A stretch of DNA of 64,000 nt from Flectonema sp. DT1601 (lineage: Eukaryota), in NCBI GenBank assembly GCA_964019425.1, contig OZ025794.1, forward strand, positions 372,001 to 436,000, written 5' to 3'. Of the stretch, positions 11,593 through 23,238 are shown one piece after another; the stretch's first letter is position 1; every line of letters starts with the position of its first letter. The position numbers and the translations under genes are program-made. The notes beneath the pieces were generated by a model. The model saw nothing but the letters and a program-made list of their open reading frames with translations, was not told the DNA's origin and searched no databases.

Positions 11593-12097
11593 AGGTCCGG
11601 CGTAGTTATGACCTTAAACTGACTGTCATCTTACCTGATCCTTTTGGTTTTCATTTCTTGCTGAGTGATATGGCTATGTGCTGCCCAAATCTTTTGTGGT
11701 ACATTTCTAAAGCTTTTCGGTAAGCCCACAGTACACTTATAATGCTTTGGACAACTGCGGGTGAACGATCCTCGGTACTGTTCCGGGGTTTTCTATTTTC
11801 TTTCGTGGAGTGTGGGCATATGGCACATGTGGTCGTATTATAAAGAAAGATGTATATGAAAGAAAGAAGATTTTTTATTTTTTTTCACCTTCCCCCCACT
11901 CCCAGATCGTTTCTCTTTTATTTTCTTTAGTTGTTTACAACCTGTTAGCCTCTGGGCAAGGTGGAGGCTGGAAGTCGATCACTTCCAGCCAATACTATGA
12001 AACTACAATCTTCGCGATTGGGTCCTTACTGATGCGGGCTACCCAGACCCCTCGTAGTCATCAGTTTGTATTTTGCTAACTAAACTAAACTAACTAA
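11593..12097 (+). mobile_element. Repeat family R1 copy A: structured SINE-like element with a flanking direct repeat and a (TAAAC/TAAC)n tail
   Basis: Colinear homology to 55381..55865. The direct repeat CTATTATTC lies at 11584-11592 and 12098-12106. The 3' tail reads CTAACTAAACTAAACTAACTAA. Confidence 0.75.
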
Positions 12098-13159
12098 CTA
12101 TTATTCAAAAAAAAAAAAAAAAAAAAAAGAATTACCCAAGTGTAGAACTGTAATGTCAATTAGTGTGTTGTGGTTTGGCACAGAAGCCCCACAAATCACA
12201 GCTTATTCTTTGGGCACTTGAAAATATTGAGCCCTGAAACTACGTATTCCACCGTGTTAAATGGAACAGCAAACACATGTGCACCAGTTTTTTTTTATAA
12301 TAAAAACTCATGTTCTGACAATTCTTGTAACCTCAATCTTCCTCTCTCCCTAAAAAAAAATAAAAAAAATGAAAAACACAAAATAAGACGTAACATCGAT
12401 TGTCGTCAAAGACCATTTTAAAAAAAAAAAAAAGAAATTTGCACCTAAACTCCCAAATTGGGTTTTCTTGTGTATGCGAGCATGTTATCTTTTGCAGTAA
12501 CGAAAAACCTTTTTTTTTTTTGTTTGTAGTGAAGAATAGTGACTTGAATAGTTGTATTCTTTTTCATTTCTCATCTTTTCGTTAAGTGCAATGATAAACA
12601 ATAATAATAAAACAAAAATATCGAAAAAAATCTGATCGCAGCTTTGTCCTCAACGGTCTTTTTTTAAAAAAAAAAAAGAAAACATTGTTACAGTTTATTA
12701 TATTCATAACTGACGTTAGTATTCCCGTCCTTCTTATTGTCATGTAGAGTCCTTTTCGACATTTGCAGAGTGTTCACCTATCTTCGATACTACAATGATA
12801 TCAATTTAGGTCAACTGTCTCATAAATTACTAATGTCTTAAATTAGTTAGGTATGCTCAAATAGTTTTACCCTCTTTCTTTTGACAGCTTTTTTTTTTTT
12901 AAAATTTTTTATTCTTCAAAGCAAAAGCTTGTTCTTCGACTGTTATTTTTTAGTAGCAAAGTACAGCTAAGCCATTTGCCTGCTTGTTGTTGGCATTTAT
13001 CTCCTTTCCATCTCCTTGGCCTATTGCACTAGTCTGGTGCAATGCAACGATATCTTTTTCCTTTACCTGTTTTCTTATTGTCAAAATTCACCCCAACAAT
13101 CTCTTCAAATGTTTTTGTCATTTATTACGCAATTCCTCGGAAACGAATTTGCAAAAAAA

Positions 13160-13197
<38 letters not shown>

Positions 13198-16100
13198 TGT
13201 GAAAAAACTTTTTTTTTCCTGTTGACCATCGCTTGCGTGAAGGTTTCTTATCTTCTTTTCCATACTTTACAGTGCTTTTATTTAGTAACGTAAATCTTAT
13301 TGACTAGCAGAAGTATTCGCATCGCAGGTACTGTTGCCTGCTTTTGCCTTACTCTAAGTCCTTTTGATTTATTATTATGTAAAATGTGCCGGTGAGTACA
13401 TTCTTCGCAATTGTCTGTTAGTTTTTGCGTACTCTTCTTTGTGGTAGCAGAAAGTACCATTTCAGCTCTGAGCGCTTATAGTCTGCATCGGTGTAGGTTA
13501 ATTTGTTTCTGTGTGACAATAATCTGCTGAGGTGGTGTAATTTTTTTTCAAAATATTTTAATTTTAATTTTATTTGTTTTTTTTTGTTGTGATGTTTCTG
13601 TGTTTAGCAGAAATATAACAACAAAAGTCTTTTCTACGAACAAGGAACCGCTTTTAACGTTGTGCAGCGGTTCTGAGTACCCGACTTCCGTATTCTTTTC
13701 TCTTTTCACGTATATTGTGCTGTTTCTCTTTGGCCCCCATACCACCCGATCAGAGGGGTTTGAAGCCTACTTGAGCTCTACCCTCTGTATTCCCTTTACA
13801 CGTCGTCTTAAACGAGTTGTTAATTTACTTTTTTTTGTGTGAATTATTAGAGATTCCGCCCCCCCGTCCTTTGTCACTCGCAGCATAGTCGCGACGTGCG
13901 CTTACTGGTAGTGTGCTATGAACCAGTAAATAGCATGATACCATTCTTTAATTTTACTCTGCTTTGCTTTATTTCGATCTATTCGAATTTATTTGTTCTG
14001 CTAATAGAAAAAATAAAAAAATAATAAAAAAAAAATAAAAAAGTTAAAAAAAGCCAGCCTGCAGGGCGTTGGTTGTTCTCTACCTGTATAGCGTTGAAGT
14101 AACAAACTTTGATGTTGGAACAGAGTGGGAACTAAGTAAAGCCTCTTTACAATCCACCGTTTCTGCTATGATTGTTTGTTCTTTTTATTTTAACCTAAGA
14201 GGAAACGTTAAGTGCTCCCTGTTATGACTCGTCTCTTTTATATTGGATAAGATTACCCTTCCTACTGTTTGGGTGGGTGACTTGACAGGCTACTTGTTAT
14301 TGTGGTAAGAAAAACTTCGATTACGGTATCCGACGTGGAAAAAAAAAAAATTAAAAAAAAAAAAATGGTGTGTTTATTTGTCAAACGCTACATCAAAAAC
14401 TTACCCTTTTTTTTTTTGGTAAAAGTAGTGTCTATTCGTTCTCTTGACTAAGAAAAAAAAGAAAGAAAGAAAGAACGAAAGAGAAAAAAGAAAAAAAAAA
14501 CTACAGCGAGCTATCTGATACTGTGTATCTGCTTTTGAAACCGCTGTTTTTGTTTCTGTTCTGCTGAGTCAAGTTTATATATTTTTTTCGCAAGCACCCT
14601 TTTTTTTTTCCCCTTTTTTTTTCTTTTTTTTTTTTTTGAACCAGTTTTTTTTTTTTATATGGATTTCCTCCAAAAAAAAAAAAAAAAATTAAAAAAAAAA
14701 AAAAAAAAATGTCATGTGACGTGACACCCGTCGGATTCCGCTCTCTGGGGTGATGCGTATCGTATTCTCAATCAAACATAAAAATCAACTTTATTATTGA
14801 AAACCATAAAACCGCATAGGGGTCTCACACGGGAAGCTGACCTGGCAATCTGCCTTCTTTCGTTGTTGTCTTTGTGATCTCTTTATATGTAGCGGTTTTT
14901 GTATTTAATTTATGAAGTAAATAATAAATTACTGCTGCCTTCAATAACATAGTAACTAATCTTGCAATGCACGACAGTGCTTTTACCCTAATCATTTTGA
15001 CGAGCACACTTTTTTTTTTTTTTTTTTTGTGTTTTTTTTCTTCCATTTTAACCTATTGAACTATTGAACATTCAACCCTGACCGTTTTTCTTTATGAGTG
15101 TAGTATGCTTTTTTGTTTTATAATAAAAAAAGAATAATGCTTTTGTCACCTCTATTTACCCTATTTTTAAATTTTTTATTTTTTTTTATTTATTCATTTT
15201 TTTTTTTTTTTTTTGATAAAAAAAATTAAAGTTGTTGAGGAATCTCCGTTTCCATAGCAGCAGTGAACCAGTGGAAACGGCAACCAAACTGAGTCTCTTA
15301 GTGCTTCTGGCAACTTTGAAATTTGGTTGACCGAAAACTTATACTTGGCAGTTGATTGTAAGAAGCAATTTATAGAGGGAGATGTCCTTATATAGCTTCG
15401 TCACAACAGTTTCTTCGTGCACGAAAGCAAAAAAAAATAAATTTTTTGTTGATAGGATTTTGTGTTTGTTTTTACTGTAGAGGTTCTGTTGTGTAATAGC
15501 AAGCCAATGTCAAGGAATTTAAAAAAAAAAAAAAAAAAAAAATGGAATGAAATGAAATAAGGAATTCTTTTTCTAACTTTTTTACAAAAAGAAGTTGTTG
15601 AGCTACCCAACTATCTAAATTTACATATTTCAGTCATGCATGTTAGTGTCACCGCACTGTATGTGGTGAGCAACTAACTTGTGACCTAGAGCCATCCCAA
15701 AAAAAAAAAAAAATTGAAAAAAAAACTTTAAATAAATAAAAGTATTTTTTTTATTAAAATACGCGATGTGACTTCTTGAAGTTTTTTTTATTTTTTTTTG
15801 TTTCACACAACATGGGATGTTATCTTGCCACCTTTTTTATGTTGTCCTTGAAATTTTTTCTTTTCCCCCTTTTTTTTTCTTTTTCTTTTTCTTTTTGCTT
15901 CTTTTTTTTTTTAAAAAAAAGCCGCGATGTATGGTTTATCTGACTTAGTGGTGTTTGCCCAATCGTTTCTGTCGGCCTTACGTGGGTGAATAGAGGACTA
16001 TTTTTTGTTAAAAAAAACAAAACGGATTTCTGACAATATCTGATTTCTGGTCTTCTTCTGTCTTTAAGTTGTACAGGTATACTGTAAGCTCGGTTAGCTT

Positions 16101-18081
16101 TTGTGATCCAATTTGCGAGAGGAAAACACGAAAAAAAAAAAAAAAAAAAAGACAAAAAAAAAAAAAAAACAATGTCGGTAACAATATCGCCACAAAGAGA
16201 GTTCTCTGTTCGAATACCGCATGACTAGGGAGAGTAAAACTCCCCGCAGTTGTTGACAGGATTTTTAGATGTTGTAACCTTTCACCCCCCGAGCGTTGCT
16301 ATCTTTGTCCGGAAGGTTGGCGTTCAATGCCTTTACCTTGCCAGATACCCCATTTTGGAATATGAGTTTTCTTTTTATGCGATTTTTTGAGACTGCGAGT
16401 TTGATGCTTCTCAAAAAAACATTCAATTTATTATTAAAACAAGAAAAAAAAAAAAAAAACATTGTCACCCGTTATTCCTCTCATTCACAACTTGTTTTAT
16501 TTTTATATTTTGCAATGAAAATTTCATTAAGATTTTCTTCTTTTTATCGATCGTGTTTGATGAATGGTTATTTTTTATTTTTTTCATATATTTTGCACTC
16601 GAGAAACTATTCGGATTGAAAAAGCTGATATTTCACGTAGTCACAACTTATCTCCCCCGTGCGACAGGATTCTGTCTGCTATTATGTATGAGGCTAATTT
16701 GAATTGTTTCTTGTTGTGAGAGAGCTAAAAAAAAGAATGTTGGTCAACAAACACTTTTTTTTGGCTTTTTTTAGTTCCAAAATGTCTTTACCATTTATGT
16801 CACCATTTACCATTTCGTGTGCAAAACACAAAATAAATCATCATCTGAAATCTGTCTTAAAAACCTACGAGTACGGAAAACGAGAGTGGGTGGAGGTCAT
16901 GGGATTCGAGTCAGTTATTCGTATGCTTAGTCAAAAACCACACGTTTTTTTTTCCCCCTTTTTCTTCTTCTTTTGAAATCATGTTTTAGTTTTCTGTGTC
17001 ACACTCTACTGCTCCTTTCCTGTATGGCGTGGGAACTTGGGAAACGGAAAAAAGAGAGAAAACTTGAGTCAGGACACATTATTATACACCTTTTTCCCTG
17101 TCACTGCAGTCGATGTAAATCCTTTTGCGGATGACGTTATTTTTATTATGTTCCAATAAAAAGTTGTGTTTTATATAATTAAAACAGATTTTCCCTTGCC
17201 GCGGTATATTCGCTGTGATACAGCTGCTCAGTTGCAGTCTAGGGCTTACGTGGAATGATGGAGCTACTTGTTGATGCTGTAGTGGTAAGGCTCACCTACA
17301 AAGCCCGCGAACTATAAAAATAATTACCCCAATAGCTGATGTATACTGTTGTTCCTGTTTTATGTTTTTCTTTTATTAATCTTCTGTTTCAACGTACGAA
17401 TGTTGTCCCATGGCTCTGTGAGAGAGAATATTTTTGTGGATGGCTTTGTGTGAGTTTTTTGAAATAGAAGAGAGAGAATAAAGAAGGAAACCATCCTCCA
17501 TTCAATCAATTTTTTATAAGTTGTTCTTTTTCCATTCGTGTGGAAGTGACTTACCGTGCACTGCCATGGTGCACGGCTAAGCAGCAACAAAGTTACTTCC
17601 CATACATGAGTGCAATCCTTAGCGCTTTTCTTTTTTTGGTTGTACTCTTTTTCATTCCTTCCTCATCCCCCTTCAATCCTCTCCAACCAACCGCGCGATT
17701 GTCTCAGGTTCGAAAGCCATGGGGTAAAAAAAAGAAAAAGAAAAAAGATATTTTTTTTGAAGAGCATGATCTACCGTCCTAAACCACTTCCCTCTTTTCT
17801 CCTCATCTTCCTCCTCCGAAGAGATCCGCTGAATCACAGGAATTAAAAAAAAAAAAAATTCAAAAAAACAACTGACTGATTAGCGAAGTGATTTACTTGT
17901 CTAAAAAGAGGAAATATTTCTGTAAACAGTTAGCTCCCATCTCAAATCAGGAAAACTACTCGAACATAATATGAATTTAGTGAGGAGTTCTTATATTTAA
18001 TTATTTAAAGTCACAATTCAGACACAAAAGGTCGTTTGAAATCAGTTGTAGTTCTCCCTCCACAGTCACAACAACAGGAAC

Positions 18082-19041
18082 ATGACGGTCCAAATGGAAA
18101 GAATGGGAATGTTTGGAAATCCCTCATACATTAGTATTGGTGATGAATACGACAAAAAGATGGTCACAAATGACAGATACAAAGGGAAAGGATTTACTAC
18201 TACACCAGGTCGAAAGGGACAAGGTCCAGAAGTTACATTTGATAGAAGATTTAAGAGTATCCACGAAGGAGACAAGTACGTCGATCCAGGAACACATGAA
18301 AAGAAGTACCGCCTAGCACAAGAGAAAAGAAAAATAACAACAGACGGTTTTAAGTACACCTCCCCTGGTAAGAGAAGTTGTGGTTCCGGCAACTATTTTG
18401 GATGTTTTAATGAGCAGGGCGTACCCAAACATGAGACTGAATACGAAGTGACTAAGAGGGTTTGTCTTTTCCTTCTTTTTTAAAATAAAAAAACTAATCA
18501 TCAGCAACAATAAACTAACCAATCACAGGGAGAGTTACCTGACCGTGTGAAAAGTATGCCGAAAAACATAGTGACGGGAGTGTGTAAAAAGGGAACCTTT
18601 GGAATTACGGACACTTGCATTGGAGATCCGTACAAATACCAAAGTGATCCTTACAACGCTCAACACAAAAGGACCATTGATGAAGCTCGGTCAGCTACTC
18701 AAAAGCATATCGGGGGAGCATTCAAGGCAGCGAGTAGGGGAGGAGGTACTTTTGATAAAACAGAACAAGGCTCTTCAAAGATTTATTCACTTGATAGACC
18801 TCTTCCTCCAAAGAAGGAATCAGAGAAGAAAATTATGAGAACTATTCCAGTTGCCTTCAAACCTTCATCACCAGGAAAGAGAGGATTTAATTGTACCATC
18901 AGTCCATTTCCCGAATACAAAGAAGACCCTCTTGAACTGCAAGAACGCCGCAAACGTGAAGAAGCAAAAGCAGCAAAACCGCAAACTACTTGGAAACCAA
19001 TCAGCGGTCCAAAATCAACTCCAACTCGAACTATTTTATAA
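18082..19041 (+). CDS. CFAP96: CFAP96/C4orf47 (DUF4586)-like cilia/flagella-associated protein; exons 18082..18459 and 18529..19041
   Basis: The N-terminus MERMGMFGNPSYISIGDEY and the segments FDRRFKSIHEGDKYVDP, GSGNYFGCF, KNIVTGVCKKGTFG and FKPSSPGK resemble the C4orf47 family (from recall). The phase-0 intron GTTTGT(18460)..ATCACAG(18528) joins two ORF-track ORFs in frame. Confidence 0.85.
18460..18528 (+). other. Spliceosomal GT-AG intron (69 nt)
   Basis: Removal fuses two ORFs in frame. It contains a branch-point-like ACTAAC before AATCACAG. Confidence 0.92.
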
Positions 19042-20259
19042 TTCAGATCGACAATCATCGACAGATCAAATAAATATAATCTGATGATGGGATCCTCAAT
19101 CCTGGATAAGGAAATCATTAATTACATTACGTTACGTTATAATGAGATAGAATTATTTAGTTAACTATTGGTTTGGCTGCGAAGCCAATAATACATTCAG
19201 GCGAGCAGTATTGCGAACACACGGTGATTTGTGTTATTGTTGTTGTTGTTGTTGTTGTTGTTGTTTCAAACATCGTTATTGTTAGTGAAGTCATATTTCT
19301 CTCGACGTTTAGCGAATCTTCAGCTGGGTGCTTCCAGTGTAGTAGGGTCGATTTACACCTTTTTTTAATTTTTTTTTTAAAAATAATATTTTCTATATTG
19401 GTTCGTTCCTGATGGTAGTGGGGCAAATTCCCCCATTCGGAACGAATCGTGTTTTTTTATTTTATGTTTTCTTAACATTTGTTCTCTCTTCCCTTATTGC
19501 TGCACCCTTCCGGGCGCATGCGGGCCTATCTAATTGGGCTTTTCTCCCTTACCCCCTTTTTTTTTCTTCTCATATTTCTTTAAGTTTAATAACAGAAAAA
19601 TTTAACTCGGTTCCCTCCCTTCAACGATAACTTTGTCAAAAAAAGAAAAGAACCCTTTAGAAAAGTAGGGGGACATTACCTCCCCTTTTCTCTCTCAAGT
19701 GGAGTGCTTTCGTTCTCTAGTTCCGCAATTAAAATATGAAGAATTCCAGTCGGTGAAGATATCGTTCTTTGTTTTATTATATTATTATGGTCCTGCAAAG
19801 GACAACCCACGACATTTATCATTTTATCAACGTCTATACTGTTGAAATAGAAGAAGGTAATGTTGTACTGTAGAGAAAGGGTTGGTCACTTGCTTATTTT
19901 ATTATTTTTCTTCTTTTGAGGGGAGCCATAATCAACATTTCTTTTTTTTTTTTTTTAAATTTCTTTTTGATTGAGAAATCATTCGATATTTAGATCCTCC
20001 TTATTGAGTAGTGTATCAATTACTGATGTAGTAACGTAGTAACGACTGAGGTGGGTAGTCGTCTGATTTGTCCCATCTAGCTGTCGGTGAGACCGTCATG
20101 TTTGCGTATTCAATAACAGAAAAAAAAAGAAAAAAAAAAAAAAGACTCAATTCCTCATTTCTGCAATTACCCGTTATGTTATAATTGTTTTTTGTTGTGT
20201 TTTTTTTTTTTTTTTTTTTGGGTTTTAATTTCTCTTTACCATCAGATTGTAGCATTACA

Positions 20260-21699
20260 ATGTCTGAGAGCACACCTCTCCTTGGTCGTGCTGGACCGAA
20301 CAGTCATGGAAATATCAGCAGAGATATATCAAAAAAGATTTGCATATCTCTTTTTATGATGGTAATGTGCGTCATTGTGATCATAGAAATAGTAACTTCT
20401 ATCATTCCTTTTGTGTATGAGTCTCATCCTATCGATGTCAGTTGGAAGAATCCGTATTCAGAAAACACTCCTCAGCAGGTACTGGTAACTTTCTGTGGTC
20501 AGAATTGTGCTGTCATTTCATGGGTAACGATGAATGTTGGGAAGTCAAGTTTAACGAACAGCTCTTCTGTTTATATTCAAGGTAGACAGTACTTCTCAAC
20601 TCCTCATTATTTCATTGATTCAATAGAATGTCCAACCAAATCTAGATTGATGCATAAAGTTCAAATTGTAATCGAGTCAACAGACCCTGATGTCATTCCT
20701 TATGAAGTGTTCAATCTCGACACTTCAAGAATATTTCATTTAAAAAAAAAATCATTCATTTTTGATTCGACTCCTTTGAGGGTTGCAATGTTTGGGGATC
20801 TGTCATCTGCTACTTACAATCATCACACGGATACGGTCATTCCTTTATTAAGGAATTTAACGAAAACAAATGAATTAGATTTCGTTATTCACATTGGGGA
20901 CATTGCTTATAATTTAGACGACGATTGTGGTAACATAGGAGATGCTTTTATGATTGACGTTGAGTCGATAGGATCAAGAATACCTTACATTTTTGGACCT
21001 GGAAATCATGAACAAGAAAAATGGGAATTAGAATCATACGCGCACTACAATAACAGATACCACGGTCAGCAGATATTAGGTAAGAATTCAGGTAGTGATA
21101 GTGTTCGGTTTTATTCTGTTAATCAAAAGATGGTTCATTTTTCTATTCTTGATTCAGATCCTTTTGTCGAAGTCTTCAGAACAACGCGAGTACTCAGAAT
21201 GAAACAGTGGTTAGTTAAAGATTTACAACAAGTAAATAGAGCAGTAACCCCATGGGTAGTTGTTCTCCTTCACAGAGCAATGTATTGTACGAAGTCTCTT
21301 GATGCGGAATGTAATTCAGAATCGGAAGCTATTAGAAATGTGATTGAAGAAATAATATTATCAAACCATGTTGATGTAGTCATGTCTGGTCACACTCATC
21401 ATTATGAGAGAACACATCCAGTCGCGAGAGGGATAACTTCATATTCAAGGTATGAATCAGTATATACTAATCCAGAAGCCACAATTCACATCCAGTCTGG
21501 AATTGCTGGTGGTGTCGGAGTTGATAAGTTCATTGTACCACAACAGAAATGGGAATCATTCAGAGACCGTTCGTATCAAAGAAGTCTGACTGTTGGTACT
21601 TTCTTTAATAGTTCACATGCTTCCTTTGATCAAATATCATCCAATGGTTCTATATTTGACTCTTTCATGATAATTAAGAATAAAGAAATCGTTAATTAA
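20260..21699 (+). CDS. Purple acid phosphatase (ACP7/PAPL-like metallophosphoesterase), predicted type II membrane protein
   Basis: Metal-ligand motifs GDLS, GDIAY, GNHE, VLLH and GHTH, plus TPWVVVLLHRAMY. One hydrophobic helix lies near the N-terminus. The true ATG is at 20260; the longer ORF-track start is a poly-T artefact. Confidence 0.93.
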   Translation: MSESTPLLGRAGPNSHGNISRDISKKICISLFMMVMCVIVIIEIVTSIIPFVYESHPIDVSWKNPYSENTPQQVLVTFCGQNCAVISWVTMNVGKSSLTNSSSVYIQGRQYFSTPHYFIDSIECPTKSRLMHKVQIVIESTDPDVIPYEVFNLDTSRIFHLKKKSFIFDSTPLRVAMFGDLSSATYNHHTDTVIPLLRNLTKTNELDFVIHIGDIAYNLDDDCGNIGDAFMIDVESIGSRIPYIFGPGNHEQEKWELESYAHYNNRYHGQQILGKNSGSDSVRFYSVNQKMVHFSILDSDPFVEVFRTTRVLRMKQWLVKDLQQVNRAVTPWVVVLLHRAMYCTKSLDAECNSESEAIRNVIEEIILSNHVDVVMSGHTHHYERTHPVARGITSYSRYESVYTNPEATIHIQSGIAGGVGVDKFIVPQQKWESFRDRSYQRSLTVGTFFNSSHASFDQISSNGSIFDSFMIIKNKEIVN

Positions 21700-23193
21700 A
21701 AACTTAACAAATCGATGAACGAGCTGGTTCACCCCGAAGGAAGCATTGCTGTAGAATGAACGCTTCAGTAATTTATTTAATTTTATTGTATTTACAAACT
21801 TTGTTTAAAGAAGTCACTGCACTTGCATTTGACCCTTAAAACTAATTAATGCGAATAATCGCTTGTCTACTAATCTTCTTTAAATAACAATAATGGTGTG
21901 TGTGGTCTGACACAAGACTGTTGAACACCTTTATTTTTCTTTTGAAAAGTGTATTCTTTGATGCTTAATGAGAATATTTTATTCCGACAGGTGGAAAACG
22001 AATCCGACTATTTTGACTTTAGTTTAAGACTTTCAACGTCTTGAAATACCTACCAGTCTTTAATAGCCGGAGATAGATCTAATTGTAATATGAGTTCTAG
22101 GCTTGATGTTCATGACGCCACAGAGCGTGCTGTGCTGTGTGGACTTCAAGCAAGTAGAAGGGAATGGATCAAGGCGTGGGATGATACGATTCTCGCACTG
22201 AAATTGATTTGTTTCCAACGAGACTAGAAGACCTCTCGCAAAGTTCCCAAGACACACTGTTTACTTACTATATATATTTCGTGGTTGTGGCATCCAAGTA
22301 GAACGTTCTCAGTGAGGTGATATCTTAGTGAGCACATATATCTTTTCAATCTCAGCTGTTGATTTGGGTGATACAACTATGATGTTTTTTTTTTTTTTTT
22401 TTTCAAATTTTTCTTTCCCCCTTTCTCTTTCTAATTACCAATTTTTTTTTTTTTTTTTAATACTTATTTATTACACCGTCATATAGTAAAAACTATTCTA
22501 ATTCATCGTCTCTCTGTTTGTAATGTGAGATGGGGATTGTTTAGATGATTCCTCTTTTGTTGTATTTATTAACTCATTCGCTATCCTCTCTTTGTTACGC
22601 AACAACTTTTTTTTTTGGGTTTGTTGACTTTTTTCTTCTTTTTTTTTGAATTGTTTTTCTTGCATTTAACACAAGTATTGTAAGAGCTAAAAACTAACAA
22701 GGTATTGGGTCTGCTTACGTTGCTGCTTTCGCAGCTCAGCTATCCAACGTCCCTTGGCTTTATTTTATAGGTTTAAGTCGGTTCACGGGTTTCGTGATGT
22801 AATATTACTATTTTCTGTGTAGTTTAAAGTTAAAGCCAATTCTTTTTTTTTTGGCTGACTCCGTTTTGAGGACAGATCCTTCCCTTTCTACACAGACTTT
22901 GAAACATTCCTGGGAAACACTTGTTCTGGGAAAATAGATTATAAGGAAATATTCAAGTATTTCTTTCCATCCTTTCAACGTTAATATTTATGTTTTTCTT
23001 TCCTCATTTTTTTTTTGACGTTGTTGTGTTTTATATATTTATATCGCATCGTTGTTATAATCAAAATCAATTATAATATTATCTCAACTCACAGAAGTTA
23101 GTCGAGACCTGAGGTTAACTTGTGTTGGAGTCTGATGTGGTTTTGGTGTTTTTTTTTATTTTTATGTATGTTTTATATCCAAGGCAGGTGACA

Positions 23194-23233
<40 letters not shown>

Positions 23234-23238
<5 letters not shown>

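Noticed and set aside
11995..12034. ATGA...TGAT in R1 as a SECIS element
   Set aside because: The arrangement is not kept in copy B, there is no AAR apical loop at the right spacing, and the P450 has no in-frame TGA.
15246..15280. Isolated perfect hairpins such as CCGTTTCCA/TGGAAACGG here, and others near 4641, 7350 and 27333
   Set aside because: Single 8-10 bp stems are expected by chance in 64 kb, and there is no second copy or covariation.
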